From a virus (taxonomy: Duplodnaviria > Caudoviricetes), in IMG/VR virus record IMGVR_UViG_3300012344_000011, positions 1 to 64,000 of that record: a stretch of 64,000 nt of DNA; one strand, given 5' to 3'. The position numbers were made by a program, and so were the translations under genes. Every line of letters starts with the position of its first letter. Within the stretch, counting starts at the first letter, position 1. The notes beneath the pieces are model-generated. The model had not been told where the DNA came from and did no database searches. It saw only the letters and a program-made list of their open reading frames with translations. Of this stretch, positions 51,571-61,569 are shown one piece after another.

Positions 51571-52524
51571 ATGAACATAAAAGATAGATTATTACTAACT
51601 TCGATTTTTGAAGATAATGAATGGTTAGATAAATATTGTGAATTAGTTGATAAGAAAGAAAAAAAGAGAAAAAATTTAGATGAAAGAATACAAATACACC
51701 ATATTCTTCCACGATATTATTATAAACAACTTGGTATTCCTATAGACAATTCTTTAGAAAATACCGTTGAGTTATCATTCAATCAACATATATTGGCGCA
51801 TTATTTTTTATATAATTGTTCTTTAGGAGGTATGAAGCAAGCAAATTTAGGTGCTTTTGCTCTTCTAACAGGTGGCAAGCGAATCAAAAATTTTGATGCA
51901 ATAGACCTGAAAGAACAAAAAGAAACTTATCAAAAATGGGTTGATAGTCTATCTAAAAGTGTAATTTGCTTAGAGACTAAAGAATTTTATTCAAGTGCAA
52001 AAGAAGCTTGTAGAAGAACAGGCATTGATTATTCTTCTATTTCAAAATGTTGTAAAGGAAGAAAACTTACCGCTGGTGGTTATCATTGGAAATTTTTTGA
52101 AGACTATAATAATAATATCGAAATAGAATATATAGGTGGATATAAAAAACGTAAAAAAACAAAAAGACAAGAACCAGCACTACCAATCAAAGTAATAAAT
52201 TTAGACACTAATAGAGTATATGATAATGTTCGCCAAGCTGGGAGAGAAACTAACACTAATGAGTCTTGCATAAGAGATGTTCTAAAGGGGAAATGTTGTA
52301 CTGCTGGTGGATACAGATGGCAAAGATATGAAGATTATCTTGCAGGAAAAACTGTTGATACATCACGTAAAAAAACCAAGCCAGTAAAAAATGTAGAAAC
52401 GAATGCCGCTTATCCTTCTATTGCAGAAGCGTCTAGACAAACGAAAATTGACAAAAGTCAAATAGCAAGATGCTGTAGAGGAGAAAGCAAAACAGCTGGT
52501 GATTATCATTGGGAATATGCTTAG
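51571..52524 (+). CDS. Free-standing HNH homing endonuclease with three NUMOD1-like repeats
   Basis: HHILP...N.VEL...H..AH; repeats S..EA.R.TGI..S.IS.CC.G...TAGGY.W. Confidence 0.85.
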   Translation: MNIKDRLLLTSIFEDNEWLDKYCELVDKKEKKRKNLDERIQIHHILPRYYYKQLGIPIDNSLENTVELSFNQHILAHYFLYNCSLGGMKQANLGAFALLTGGKRIKNFDAIDLKEQKETYQKWVDSLSKSVICLETKEFYSSAKEACRRTGIDYSSISKCCKGRKLTAGGYHWKFFEDYNNNIEIEYIGGYKKRKKTKRQEPALPIKVINLDTNRVYDNVRQAGRETNTNESCIRDVLKGKCCTAGGYRWQRYEDYLAGKTVDTSRKKTKPVKNVETNAAYPSIAEASRQTKIDKSQIARCCRGESKTAGDYHWEYA

Positions 52525-52528
52525 ACAT

Positions 52529-52572
52529 AAAAAAATGGGGGAGTACACTTCAAAAGTGTACTCCCTTTTTTT
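52529..52572. terminator. Bidirectional intrinsic terminator between convergent blocks
   Basis: gggagtacactt-ca-aaagtgtactccc hairpin flanked by A and T runs. Confidence 0.85.
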
Positions 52573-52577
52573 ATATT

Positions 52578-54218
52578 TTACTCAGTAATTTCACCCTCAT
52601 AAACTTTGATGAATTGAGCGGTAGCAGCTGCCGGTGCAACACTAACTGCTTCTGTGATAGTAATATCTTTTGAAATAGCAGTAATGTAACCTTCAGTCGC
52701 AGTGCATTTTGCTTTCGCTACAACAGAACCATCTGCTGTTGTTGCATTAGCATCAATCTTGATGAACTTACCAGTCGTTGCCTGTGCTTCTGTATATACG
52801 GCTGGTGTAACAAAGTTTTCACCTTTAGCGAAAGAAGTTGTTACTGTTGTTGAAGGAGCTGTAACAGCAGAAGGTTGCTTAGCAATGGTATGATCAGCAT
52901 CTTTGATCTTTACATAGTAAGAACCAGAAGCCTCAGAACCACCAGTAACAGTAGCAGCAGTACCAGTTGTACCTTCTAATGCATAACCAGTCTTACCAAT
53001 AGAAGGAGTTACAGTAGCAGTACTCTCAATCGCAGCAGCACTAACAACTACATAGTGACCATCAGCAGGTGCTTCTGTAGTAATAGCATCAGATAAAGCA
53101 GTGCTTGTATCTTCTTTCGCGATAACAGGCTTAACAGTAATGTTAGCTTTGTCCGCTGTGGCCTTAGCAGTAGCAGCGTCAACCTTCGCGGCAACAGTTG
53201 CAGTACCAGAGATAGCACCTGTACCAGTTAGTTCCTTCTTTGCATAACCAACTGTCTCAACACCAACATTGGCAGTACCAGAGATTGCGCCAGTACCAGC
53301 AACCACAAATTTACCATCTTCACCAAGAGTAAACGTTACAGCATCAACAGTAGCAGCAGCATCGTTAGCAACGATAGTACTAAGAGTTGCATCATCCATA
53401 GTACCAGCAACTAGCTTACCATCTTTGTCATAAACAGAAACGGTTTTGTAAATTAGATTACTATTACCACTTTCACCAGCAACAACAGTAGCTTCATCAG
53501 GAACTAAGTCTGCTAATGGAATGTAAGTATTCTTAATATAACCTTCATTGATATATAAACCACTACCAGAGATAAGAACAGGAGCATTCTTTTCTGTATA
53601 ATTCTTCTGTGCTTCCTCTGTTACCTTGTTGAGTAATGTTGCTTCAGCGATTGGATAGAAAGCATCGCCACTAATATTTACTGTCGCAGTGTTCTTTGGA
53701 TCAACCCAACCAGCAGTAGCTACACTGGCACTACCTGCGGCGCTAGCCTTAACATAGAAGCCAGCAGTTGGCGCAGCATCTACCTTCTCGCCAAGAACTA
53801 CTCCATGACCTTCTGCAGAAGCAGTACCGCTACTTGCTAGAGCACCTTCCTTGACGTAAATCTTCTTTGATGCTTGCTCTGCATCTGCCTTTGCAACTGT
53901 AACAACGTCAGTCTCAGCCGCAAAACCAGCTTTACCAGCCTTAATACCAACTTTTACTTCTGGCGCAGTTGCATCGGCTGTAATTGTAATAGGATATTTT
54001 GTTACAGTCTCACTAGCAAAGTCATTCTCTGCCATTGCGACTGTTGCGATTACTGAGTTAGCAGACTTGACTTCATACTCTGCTTTTGGAGTAGTAATAT
54101 CAAGTTTAATGTTTTTGTCAACGTAAGTACCCGCTGTGTTTAAGGTTTTAGTTACTGTGCCGGCCTTGGTAATATCAACAGGTAGCACAAATTGATTCTC
54201 TACAACCTCAAGTGACAT
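52578..54218 (-). CDS. Ala/Thr-rich virion fibre/decoration-like protein, paralogue family
   Basis: TAGTYVDKNI, APVLISGSGLYINEGY, YDKDGKLVAGTMD; C-terminal KVYEG. Confidence 0.7.
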   Translation of the reverse strand: MSLEVVENQFVLPVDITKAGTVTKTLNTAGTYVDKNIKLDITTPKAEYEVKSANSVIATVAMAENDFASETVTKYPITITADATAPEVKVGIKAGKAGFAAETDVVTVAKADAEQASKKIYVKEGALASSGTASAEGHGVVLGEKVDAAPTAGFYVKASAAGSASVATAGWVDPKNTATVNISGDAFYPIAEATLLNKVTEEAQKNYTEKNAPVLISGSGLYINEGYIKNTYIPLADLVPDEATVVAGESGNSNLIYKTVSVYDKDGKLVAGTMDDATLSTIVANDAAATVDAVTFTLGEDGKFVVAGTGAISGTANVGVETVGYAKKELTGTGAISGTATVAAKVDAATAKATADKANITVKPVIAKEDTSTALSDAITTEAPADGHYVVVSAAAIESTATVTPSIGKTGYALEGTTGTAATVTGGSEASGSYYVKIKDADHTIAKQPSAVTAPSTTVTTSFAKGENFVTPAVYTEAQATTGKFIKIDANATTADGSVVAKAKCTATEGYITAISKDITITEAVSVAPAAATAQFIKVYEGEITE

Positions 54219-54248
54219 ATAGTCCTCCTTTATTTTTGCTTTGTTCTT

Positions 54249-54476
54249 TTATTCTCCATTATACACTTTGACGGTCACATCTTGTGAGCCGTCAAAGACA
54301 TAAGGACCAAGAGTTAGTTTTCCAGAATAAAAAGTTTTTCTTTGTAACTCATTATTCTCGTCATAATAATCAAGATGAATTTTTCCATCGTCCATAGTAA
54401 AAGAAAGTAGTCCATCTTGTTTTGGTGTATTTTTTAGTTTAGAGGAAGTTCCTCTTTTAAAAAAGACCTCTGCCAT
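54249..54476 (-). CDS. Small virion-associated protein
   Basis: FKRGT...DG...F..D.GKIHLD motif; C-terminal VKVYNGE. Confidence 0.6.
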   Translation of the reverse strand: MAEVFFKRGTSSKLKNTPKQDGLLSFTMDDGKIHLDYYDENNELQRKTFYSGKLTLGPYVFDGSQDVTVKVYNGE

Positions 54477-54490
54477 ACTACTCCTTTCTT

Positions 54491-54748
54491 TTACCCTAAT
54501 CTGCCCCATTCTAATTTAGCCGTTTGACCAGAAGTAGATGCGGCATATAAACGATATTTTCCAGTTTTTTCATCTATAGAATTAGATTTATTATAAACAT
54601 ATAACTGTCCATCATCAAGACAAATTGTAAAATAAACTTGCGGCATTAGCGTATCTTTTGTAGCAATCATTTGCTCTTTTGTTAAGACTAATCGCGCATC
54701 AATAGGGTCTTTACTAGTAATCTTAAAACCCTGCGGTAAAGTAATCAT
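54491..54748 (-). CDS. Small virion-associated protein
   Basis: GFKI....PIDAR motif. Confidence 0.55.
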   Translation of the reverse strand: MITLPQGFKITSKDPIDARLVLTKEQMIATKDTLMPQVYFTICLDDGQLYVYNKSNSIDEKTGKYRLYAASTSGQTAKLEWGRLG

Positions 54749-54750
54749 TA

Positions 54751-55596
54751 TTATGCCTCCTCAAATTTATAAGTATATCTTTGTGGAGTTTCAAATGTAC
54801 TTGGAGTATCATCATAATAATAATAATAATCTGCATCTTCATTATAAGCAAAACCAATGCCAAATCCATTTACTATAATTGTATAACACGTAACGCCAAA
54901 AGCTTTTGGTAAAGCTAAAACAACGTACTCGTCATTAGTGAGAATATTTTTATATACATAACCCGCATCACTAAGCAAAGTCTGCTTTGTTACACCTGAA
55001 ACAGGTTTTAGACCAGCTAAACTTGTTGGCTTTACTTTTGATACACCTACATAGAGAGGTTTAGTTTCATCAACAGATACATTGAGTATTTTCTTTATAA
55101 TATCTGCTACAGAAGTATCAGCAGGAAATGTTGTTCCAGCTGGTACGCCACCAACTGCTGCGCCGCTAACAATTTGTTCTCCAATAGTAGTGTCAATATC
55201 ACCCAAGGAAATATCAGCTACGCCATTTTGTAAAATAGATTTTCCATTTACTTTTACATCACTAACTGCATTTTCTGTCAAAAAATTAGAGTCGTTTACA
55301 AGTTCAGATGTTTTTTTAGGCACATCAACTTGCTTGGCGATCTCAGAATAATCTTTTGACGTAATTACATAATCATTGCCTTGCGGACCGCGTAGTTCTT
55401 CTTTTTCATCTTGCGTCAAATCGTTGAATGTTAATGCATCGCCTTTAGGACCTTTTAGCGCGGCAAGCTGCTCAGGAGTAAAGTCATCATAAGTAAAGGC
55501 TTTACCAGGATCGCCTTTTTCTCCCTTTAATGCTCCTGCGCCTTTAAGAGATTCATTAACATATTTTTTTGCCAAGGCATAAGTTGCAATATCCAT
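54751..55596 (-). CDS. Collagen-like-repeat structural protein
   Basis: KGEKGDPG, FTYDDFTPEQLAALKGPKGD, KTSELVNDSNF, DVKVNGKSI. Confidence 0.75.
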   Translation of the reverse strand: MDIATYALAKKYVNESLKGAGALKGEKGDPGKAFTYDDFTPEQLAALKGPKGDALTFNDLTQDEKEELRGPQGNDYVITSKDYSEIAKQVDVPKKTSELVNDSNFLTENAVSDVKVNGKSILQNGVADISLGDIDTTIGEQIVSGAAVGGVPAGTTFPADTSVADIIKKILNVSVDETKPLYVGVSKVKPTSLAGLKPVSGVTKQTLLSDAGYVYKNILTNDEYVVLALPKAFGVTCYTIIVNGFGIGFAYNEDADYYYYYDDTPSTFETPQRYTYKFEEA

Positions 55597-55599
55597 ATG

Positions 55600-55776
55600 T
55601 TAGACCTCTTTTCATTCACCTTGGCTGTTCATCATATAGACAGAACCAGTACTGATGCAGATTGCTATTGATCCCATAGTGGCAGTTTGAGGAAGATTTT
55701 TGAAATCTTCCTCACTATCAAAAGCAAACTCTGCAACATCATAGTTTCTGTCGTATTGAGTTTGTTTAATTGCCAT
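55600..55776 (-). CDS. Small hypothetical structural protein (TGA at 55612-55614)
   Basis: MAIKQ...GSIAICISTGSVYMMNSQGE(TGA)KEV. Confidence 0.6.
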
Positions 55777-55779
55777 TGA

Positions 55780-56748
55780 TTACCTCCAAATTCTAATTGC
55801 ATCAATTGGCTCTCCATTGCCAGCATAATCATCACTTGATCCGCCTGTATCATAAGAACCAATCATTTCAGGTAACCATTCACCAGTAGTTCTAGTATGT
55901 ACTTGATAATGAACGTCAGAGTCGGGAATCCAAAGTTTTGTAATTGGACTATCGCCTACACCAGCTGCTCCATTTACAAAATCATCAGGATTATACTCGT
56001 AAACCCAATCAGGCTCTTCCCCTGATTCAACACCAACTCTATATTGACTTACATTACCAATAGAAATGTAGTAAATATCATTACCATAGATACCAGCGTA
56101 ATCATCATCAGTTGCGGTGCAGCTAGTACCAATTACTTTGTCTCGCCATTCTGTATCGTAGGTTTTATAATATGGTTGTGAAACCTCTTCTTCTTCCTCG
56201 TCGCTATCATCAGAGCCATCTGACTCTTCTGTTGGACCAATATAATGAAGGATTCCATCCCAGGGATAGTCATAATACCAGTGAATATAAGACTCATAGC
56301 TAGTTTGATCACCTGTTTGACCATAGATAGTTCCGTTCTCAGAAATGCAGAACTCACCAAGAATATCATTGCTAGGAGAACCATCAAGACACATTGCAGT
56401 ATGATTTACTTCGTTGAGGTAAACGTCTCCTCTAGAAGCACTAAAACTCATATCGTGCCATTCAAATAATCCTGAATCAACAAAGACAGAACGCATATTG
56501 CCTGTGTAAGTAGCTCCATCTAACAAGCCTTCGTACGAACTACCTTTTAATGCTTCTTGCCAACAATCAATTACAGCAGAAGAGCAATCTCTATCACCAA
56601 TATAGAACTCACTTGTATGCCCTTCACATTCGACATAAATAGAACCTAGTGAAGCGTCTCCCCATCTACTACCCTGCGAATAGCCAAACCTTTCATCGTT
56701 ACAAAGAGCTTCCATATTTGTAGCAGCAATATTTGCATAATTTGCCAT
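55780..56748 (-). CDS. Endolysin (NlpC/P60-CHAP-like Cys peptidase + C-terminal wall-binding region)
   Basis: GYSQ..RW, DCSS, YTGNM, GDVYLN...HTAM, YPWDGILHY; YQVH...GEWLP; next to holin. Confidence 0.85.
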   Translation of the reverse strand: MANYANIAATNMEALCNDERFGYSQGSRWGDASLGSIYVECEGHTSEFYIGDRDCSSAVIDCWQEALKGSSYEGLLDGATYTGNMRSVFVDSGLFEWHDMSFSASRGDVYLNEVNHTAMCLDGSPSNDILGEFCISENGTIYGQTGDQTSYESYIHWYYDYPWDGILHYIGPTEESDGSDDSDEEEEEVSQPYYKTYDTEWRDKVIGTSCTATDDDYAGIYGNDIYYISIGNVSQYRVGVESGEEPDWVYEYNPDDFVNGAAGVGDSPITKLWIPDSDVHYQVHTRTTGEWLPEMIGSYDTGGSSDDYAGNGEPIDAIRIWR

Positions 56749-56760
56749 TTTCTTTGCCTC

Positions 56761-57003
56761 CTATTTTTCTTGTGGTTTTTTATTTCTCGCTTTTGGATTG
56801 ATAGTTTGTTTTTCTTTTTCGTCATCTTTCTCTTCAAGATAATTATCTAAAGCAGTAGCTACAGAATCAATAGAGTTACCACTACCTTTATTAGCCACTG
56901 CATTAGCAACAGCAGTAATTAACTTTACGCCATCAATAGATTTATCGTGGCTGTTTTGATAATTCCATTTTGCGGCAGGGCTTATAGGGCAATCTTTGAT
57001 CAT
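56761..57003 (-). CDS. Hypothetical protein
   Basis: ORF in lysis cluster. Confidence 0.5.
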   Translation of the reverse strand: MIKDCPISPAAKWNYQNSHDKSIDGVKLITAVANAVANKGSGNSIDSVATALDNYLEEKDDEKEKQTINPKARNKKPQEK

Positions 57004-57009
57004 TAAGCA

Positions 57010-57297
57010 TCATAGCAAAATTATTACAAAGATTGTTCCTACAACATATCCAATAGCAACAAGATCTTTGAAGAAGGCGGAGAGTCCTGCTGGTGTAGAT
57101 ACGTCTGGGTTAAAGGCTATTGTTGCTGTAGATAACATAAAGATACAACCAAAAATTAAAAGAAAAGTTCCTATTAGAGCCATAGAAATTCTAAATTTAG
57201 CTTTTGGGTGTAAGTTAGAAGGTTTAAAATCTGACAGTTTTATTTTTCCACGCATAGCATCGTGCGTATGTTTCGCTTCTTCTGTCATTACATTCAC
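57010..57297 (-). CDS. Two-TM membrane protein
   Basis: Hydrophobic segments; lysis cluster. Confidence 0.55.
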   Translation of the reverse strand: MNVMTEEAKHTHDAMRGKIKLSDFKPSNLHPKAKFRISMALIGTFLLIFGCIFMLSTATIAFNPDVSTPAGLSAFFKDLVAIGYVVGTIFVIILL

Positions 57298-57300
57298 CTT

Positions 57301-57600
57301 CTATTCTGATTGAGAATTACTAGATGGTAATAATTTTTCTACTGTTTCCTTTGAAGTGGTGCTTGCGGTGATTGTTGTTGCAGTAGAATTAGTATTGCTA
57401 CCTTCTCTTGCGGCATCTACATAAGCTTCGGCCGCAGCATAAATTGCAGTAGAAAGTGCGGTACAAATGATACCCGCTACCATTACTGTCTCATTACCAG
57501 TTGCAAAACCAGCGCAAGTTCCTCCAATAGAAGCTAGAAAAGCGGCGATTGCCATCCAGAATTTACGACTACCAAATTTTTGTAAAAAATTAGTGTTCAT
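57301..57600 (-). CDS. Holin
   Basis: FLQKFGSRKFWMA, two TMs, Y..AE..VDAAR. Confidence 0.8.
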   Translation of the reverse strand: MNTNFLQKFGSRKFWMAIAAFLASIGGTCAGFATGNETVMVAGIICTALSTAIYAAAEAYVDAAREGSNTNSTATTITASTTSKETVEKLLPSSNSQSE

Positions 57601-57628
57601 AAGTTTCTTCTCCTTTCTAAACAAAAAG

Positions 57629-57659
57629 AAAGACCGCACTCGGTGTAAAGTGCGGTCTT
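57629..57659 (-). terminator. Hairpin/attenuator upstream of holin
   Basis: aagaccgcact/agtgcggtctt followed by T-rich tract on minus strand. Confidence 0.6.
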
Positions 57660-57670
57660 AGCCTGACCTC

Positions 57671-57946
57671 TTATAAATTAAGACGGTCGATTCTATCATT
57701 AGCACGTTTGGCTTCGTTCTCCGCAGAAATTGCAATTGTTCTAACGTCTTGAAGATCTCTATTAAATGCTCTAACATCAACCTTTAAATCTTTAATGTCA
57801 TTAGAAATAAAGTCAAGACTTGTTTTTATCTCTGACGTTTCGCCTTTTTTTTCTTCTACATCAGACCGCATATTTCTGATCCAACCAGAGACACCAACAA
57901 GACAACCAATGATAGCAATTATAATAGAAATTGTTGCAATATCCAC
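57671..57946 (-). CDS. TM + coiled-coil (XhlA/holin-accessory-like) protein
   Basis: N-terminal TM, C-terminal AKRANDRIDRL. Confidence 0.6.
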   Translation of the reverse strand: MDIATISIIIAIIGCLVGVSGWIRNMRSDVEEKKGETSEIKTSLDFISNDIKDLKVDVRAFNRDLQDVRTIAISAENEAKRANDRIDRLNL

Positions 57947-58009
57947 GTTCTTTCCTTTCTATGGTTATGCTATCTATTCTATTATTATATATTTTTTTGA
58001 AGGCGATAA

Positions 58010-58321
58010 TTATTCTAATTTGTCCATTTCTTTTGGGCAGTTTTCGCCGCATCTAATCAAATCTAATCTATCGTGTGCGGCATCTGCTTTTGCTTTGGTT
58101 TTTAGAGTTATTTCAAAACCTTCTTTGATATTTCCACGTATATCTTCTATTTGGCATTTCATGTCTTCAACATCAATAATCAAATGATTAATTCTTGCTT
58201 CTAGTGTTTGTAATTTATATGAAAGATTGCTTGCATTATTTTTTCTACTTTGTTTTAGACCAAAAAGACCAGCCACACAACCGATTAAGGCAACTGCTAT
58301 ATATATTATATCAAAATTCAT
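58010..58321 (-). CDS. Paralogue of 57671-57946
   Basis: TM then ADAAHDRLDL. Confidence 0.6.
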   Translation of the reverse strand: MNFDIIYIAVALIGCVAGLFGLKQSRKNNASNLSYKLQTLEARINHLIIDVEDMKCQIEDIRGNIKEGFEITLKTKAKADAAHDRLDLIRCGENCPKEMDKLE

Positions 58322-58322
58322 A

Positions 58323-61300
58323 TTATGAAGTCACCTTCCAAGTTCCAAGCGCGCGATATGAATATTTACCAGTAACATCACCAGATGTAGCTCGAAGCAA
58401 AAACACTTGTGGTGTTTGTAGATTACTCAAACCACTTCCAGTTTCAACTATAAATGCATTGTCTGAGGATATAAAATTACAATCGCAATGTTTAATCGAA
58501 GTAAATAGTTTAGTATATTTTGTTCCTCTAATTGTTACACTAAATTTTAATGAAGACGACAATGAAGTATTACCAGGAAATCCGTTAGTATGTCCAGTAC
58601 CGCTATCATATAACGATCCCCATGAAGATGATACTGAAACTGTTGTTGAAGAAGTCTGTCCCCAACATTCAGCCACTCCGCTTGCTCACATTCTATATGT
58701 CCAAAAATCACATTTGCCTTGAGCAACAATATAGTCTGCTATTGGAGTAGTCCAAGCAACTGGTGTTCCGTTACTAAAATAAACTGGCTGTTTATTATTA
58801 ACACCAACAGTGGAAATACTCAATTTATTAGCAGTTTTAGCATTTGTTGCGCTCTCAGCAGTTTTAGCATTTGTTGCGCTCTTAGCGGTCTCAGCACTTA
58901 CAGCACTCGTTGCAATAATTTGTGCCCCAGAATTTTCTTTAATTTTTAAAACACCGCTAGCCAATGTAACATCACCATTTAGCGTAGCTCCCATATTACA
59001 ATTCAAAGAAATAGAATTTTTATAATTTAATGCAATTTCTTTGTGATAATCTAATGCAACAATATTATTGTCTTTTCTTATAACAATATCACTATTCAAT
59101 AGATTGATTTGATCTTTATCTACAAAGAATGTTGCACCATCTCCTGGCGCAGGCGTATAAGCAGAACAAGATGGTCCTTTCTCTACCTTTAAGGTATCTT
59201 TAAAATTTTGTTCATCTGCGCTTGATGCAGAAGATATTGTAATTGTTCCCTCAAGAGATAAAAAAGTATATTTCGTAGTATCTTTTCCTATATCTGGTGT
59301 CAAAGGAATTTCATCTTTTTTAACGATAAATTCTACATCACTTGAAATAGAATACGTTCCAGTCTCAGGTATCTCTACTGTTGCAACATAGCCCACAAAA
59401 TCTTTTTGTTTGACGAGATTTCTTCCTCCTGTTACAACAATATCCCTACCATCATTTTTCTTCTGCGGAGGATAGATTGCAAATCCTTGTGTGCAGCTTG
59501 TTTCCATATTGTTTATAAAACCAGAAGATGAACTTGGTGCACCAATAGAAAGACCAGTTCCTCCTGCAAGGAAGTCAATAGTAAAAAATGATTGAGTCAA
59601 GTAATCTGTCGCAGAAACAGACCAAATATTGTCACTACCACTAAGTACAAGCTCAACCTTATATTGTGAATCAACTAAAAAACCTCCTTTTGGAAGCTCT
59701 AGGCAATAACTAAAAGATTGCGATTTTTCCCCATAATCAAATAATGGAGGGGTGTTATTTGAAAGACGGTAAAAGGTAACACCGCTCTTTTCACTATCTT
59801 CGTCATTGATTTTTACTTTTAGGGTAACCACTTTTGGTTTTATAGAGCTATCTGCATAAGGCTGTGTCTGAACCAATGCTCCTGTAATTTTTGCATACAC
59901 ACCGTCATCATCTAAAGAACCATCTTTCTTACATCTCATCAAAGTAAAATTTAGTATTTGCGGTTGAAAGATAACGGGTGTCAATTTTACTGTTAATTTA
60001 GGACTTTCTTTACTTCCAAGGATATAAGAATTTTCTGTATTTGAATCTTTAGTCATTTCAGAAGTAGACAAATAATATTCAGTACCAGATTCAATTAGTT
60101 TTCCACTATAAATCCAGCCACTAAACTTATTTGTTTTTGTGCTTTCACCTTGAGGTGTCAAGTAAATTCCTAAAAGTTCTTCTGAATTATCCTTGTATAT
60201 TGGCGTTTCTGGCTCTTCAATGCGAATATTTATCTCAACAGGTTTTGTAAAGACTTTCTCTGACTGTCTTACGTAAAAAGTTTTATTGCTTTCATTGTCT
60301 ACTTTACAAATTGTTTTAGGCGATAAATACTTAATAATCGAAGAAAAATCTTCATTTTCAGAAACTTCCCATTTACGTTCTTTTGCTTCTTTATATATTT
60401 TCGTAAAATTTGTTATAGTAATTTTTCTTTTTATTTTTGTCAAAGTGTATGGAGTTGCTTCTTGTTCTCCTTTAAACCAAAGAGAAAGCGTATATTTGTT
60501 AGACTCATTGTTATGTGTTTCTTCAACCTCTTCTAAGAAAGAAGTCTTTATGTCATCAGACGTTATTATTTGTGTTTCTGGCAATGTAATTGATTCATCT
60601 ACAATAGCAGTTTTAAGGTTTGTTCAAATTGGCTTAGTGAATGTTATGTCTTTTGTTACTATATATGCACCATTCTTTGTTTGCTCTTTTTCATCTTTGG
60701 TTTTCCAGTCAATAAAATTTTTGGTAGTAGTTATTGTTCTTGTTGCTATTTTAGTCTCTGTTAGAGAAGAATTGTTTGGATCTGTCTGTGTTATATATGT
60801 ATGCTTTATTATTTCTGACGTTATTTTAGATTGAACACCAAACTCTTTGTTAAGATCAATTTTATTGCCAGCAGTAAGATGAAAAGTCTTATTAATATTA
60901 ATTTTATCTTTATCATCATAAACAAAAGTAATGTCATAGATTTTGTCCCATTGAGCATAAATACTAATAACATTATCTGGATTTGTTACAGAAAAATATT
61001 TATCTTTAGCATAAATTGTATTTCCTATTTTTCATCCTGCAAATTTATATCCATCTTTTGTTGGTTTTATTTCTGGAAAATATACATTAGTTGTTACATT
61101 AGAAAGAATTTTTTTTGATTCTGTTTTCCAAAGTTTATCTCCATTATAATATTTTAGCGTGATAGTTTTCTTTTCTTTGGCTGGAATTGTGATCCAAAAG
61201 TCTAAAGAATCCGCTGAGATACTATGAAAACTTCCATTATAAGCAGTGCCAGTTGAACTGTCCCAACTTATTGTAAGATATATAGCATAACTAGAATCTT

Positions 61301-61568
61301 TTCTAGTATAAGTATAAGTAGCAAAAGTATCTATAGAACGTTCACCAGATCCAGACCCCCAAGAATAAGGCCCTCACTCATTCGTTGTACCATCATTCTT
61401 GTATAATGTCTCTCAATAATTACCACCAAAATTGTCAGTATAATAATAATCATAACGATAAATCTCTGGGGAAATAAAGTAATTATCATCATTTTGACTC
61501 TCATGCCAGTCTACACCAATTCGTAAATTGTCATTTGTACCAGGCACAACTTTCCAATCAATACCCAT
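58323..61568 (-). CDS. Tail fibre/receptor-binding-like protein, 1081 aa with five in-frame TGAs
   Basis: Single frame with TGA at 61413, 61374, 61032, 60624, 58686; PTKDGYKFAG(TGA)...YAQW (Listeria-Bacteroides repeat) and WTYRM(TGA)ASGVAECWG. Confidence 0.85.
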
Positions 61569-61569
61569 C

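Noticed and set aside
58828-58885. 27-bp tandem repeat (SATNAKTA) in tail fibre as DGR or variable locus
   Set aside because: Ordinary coiled-stalk repeat; no reverse transcriptase or TR/VR pair seen
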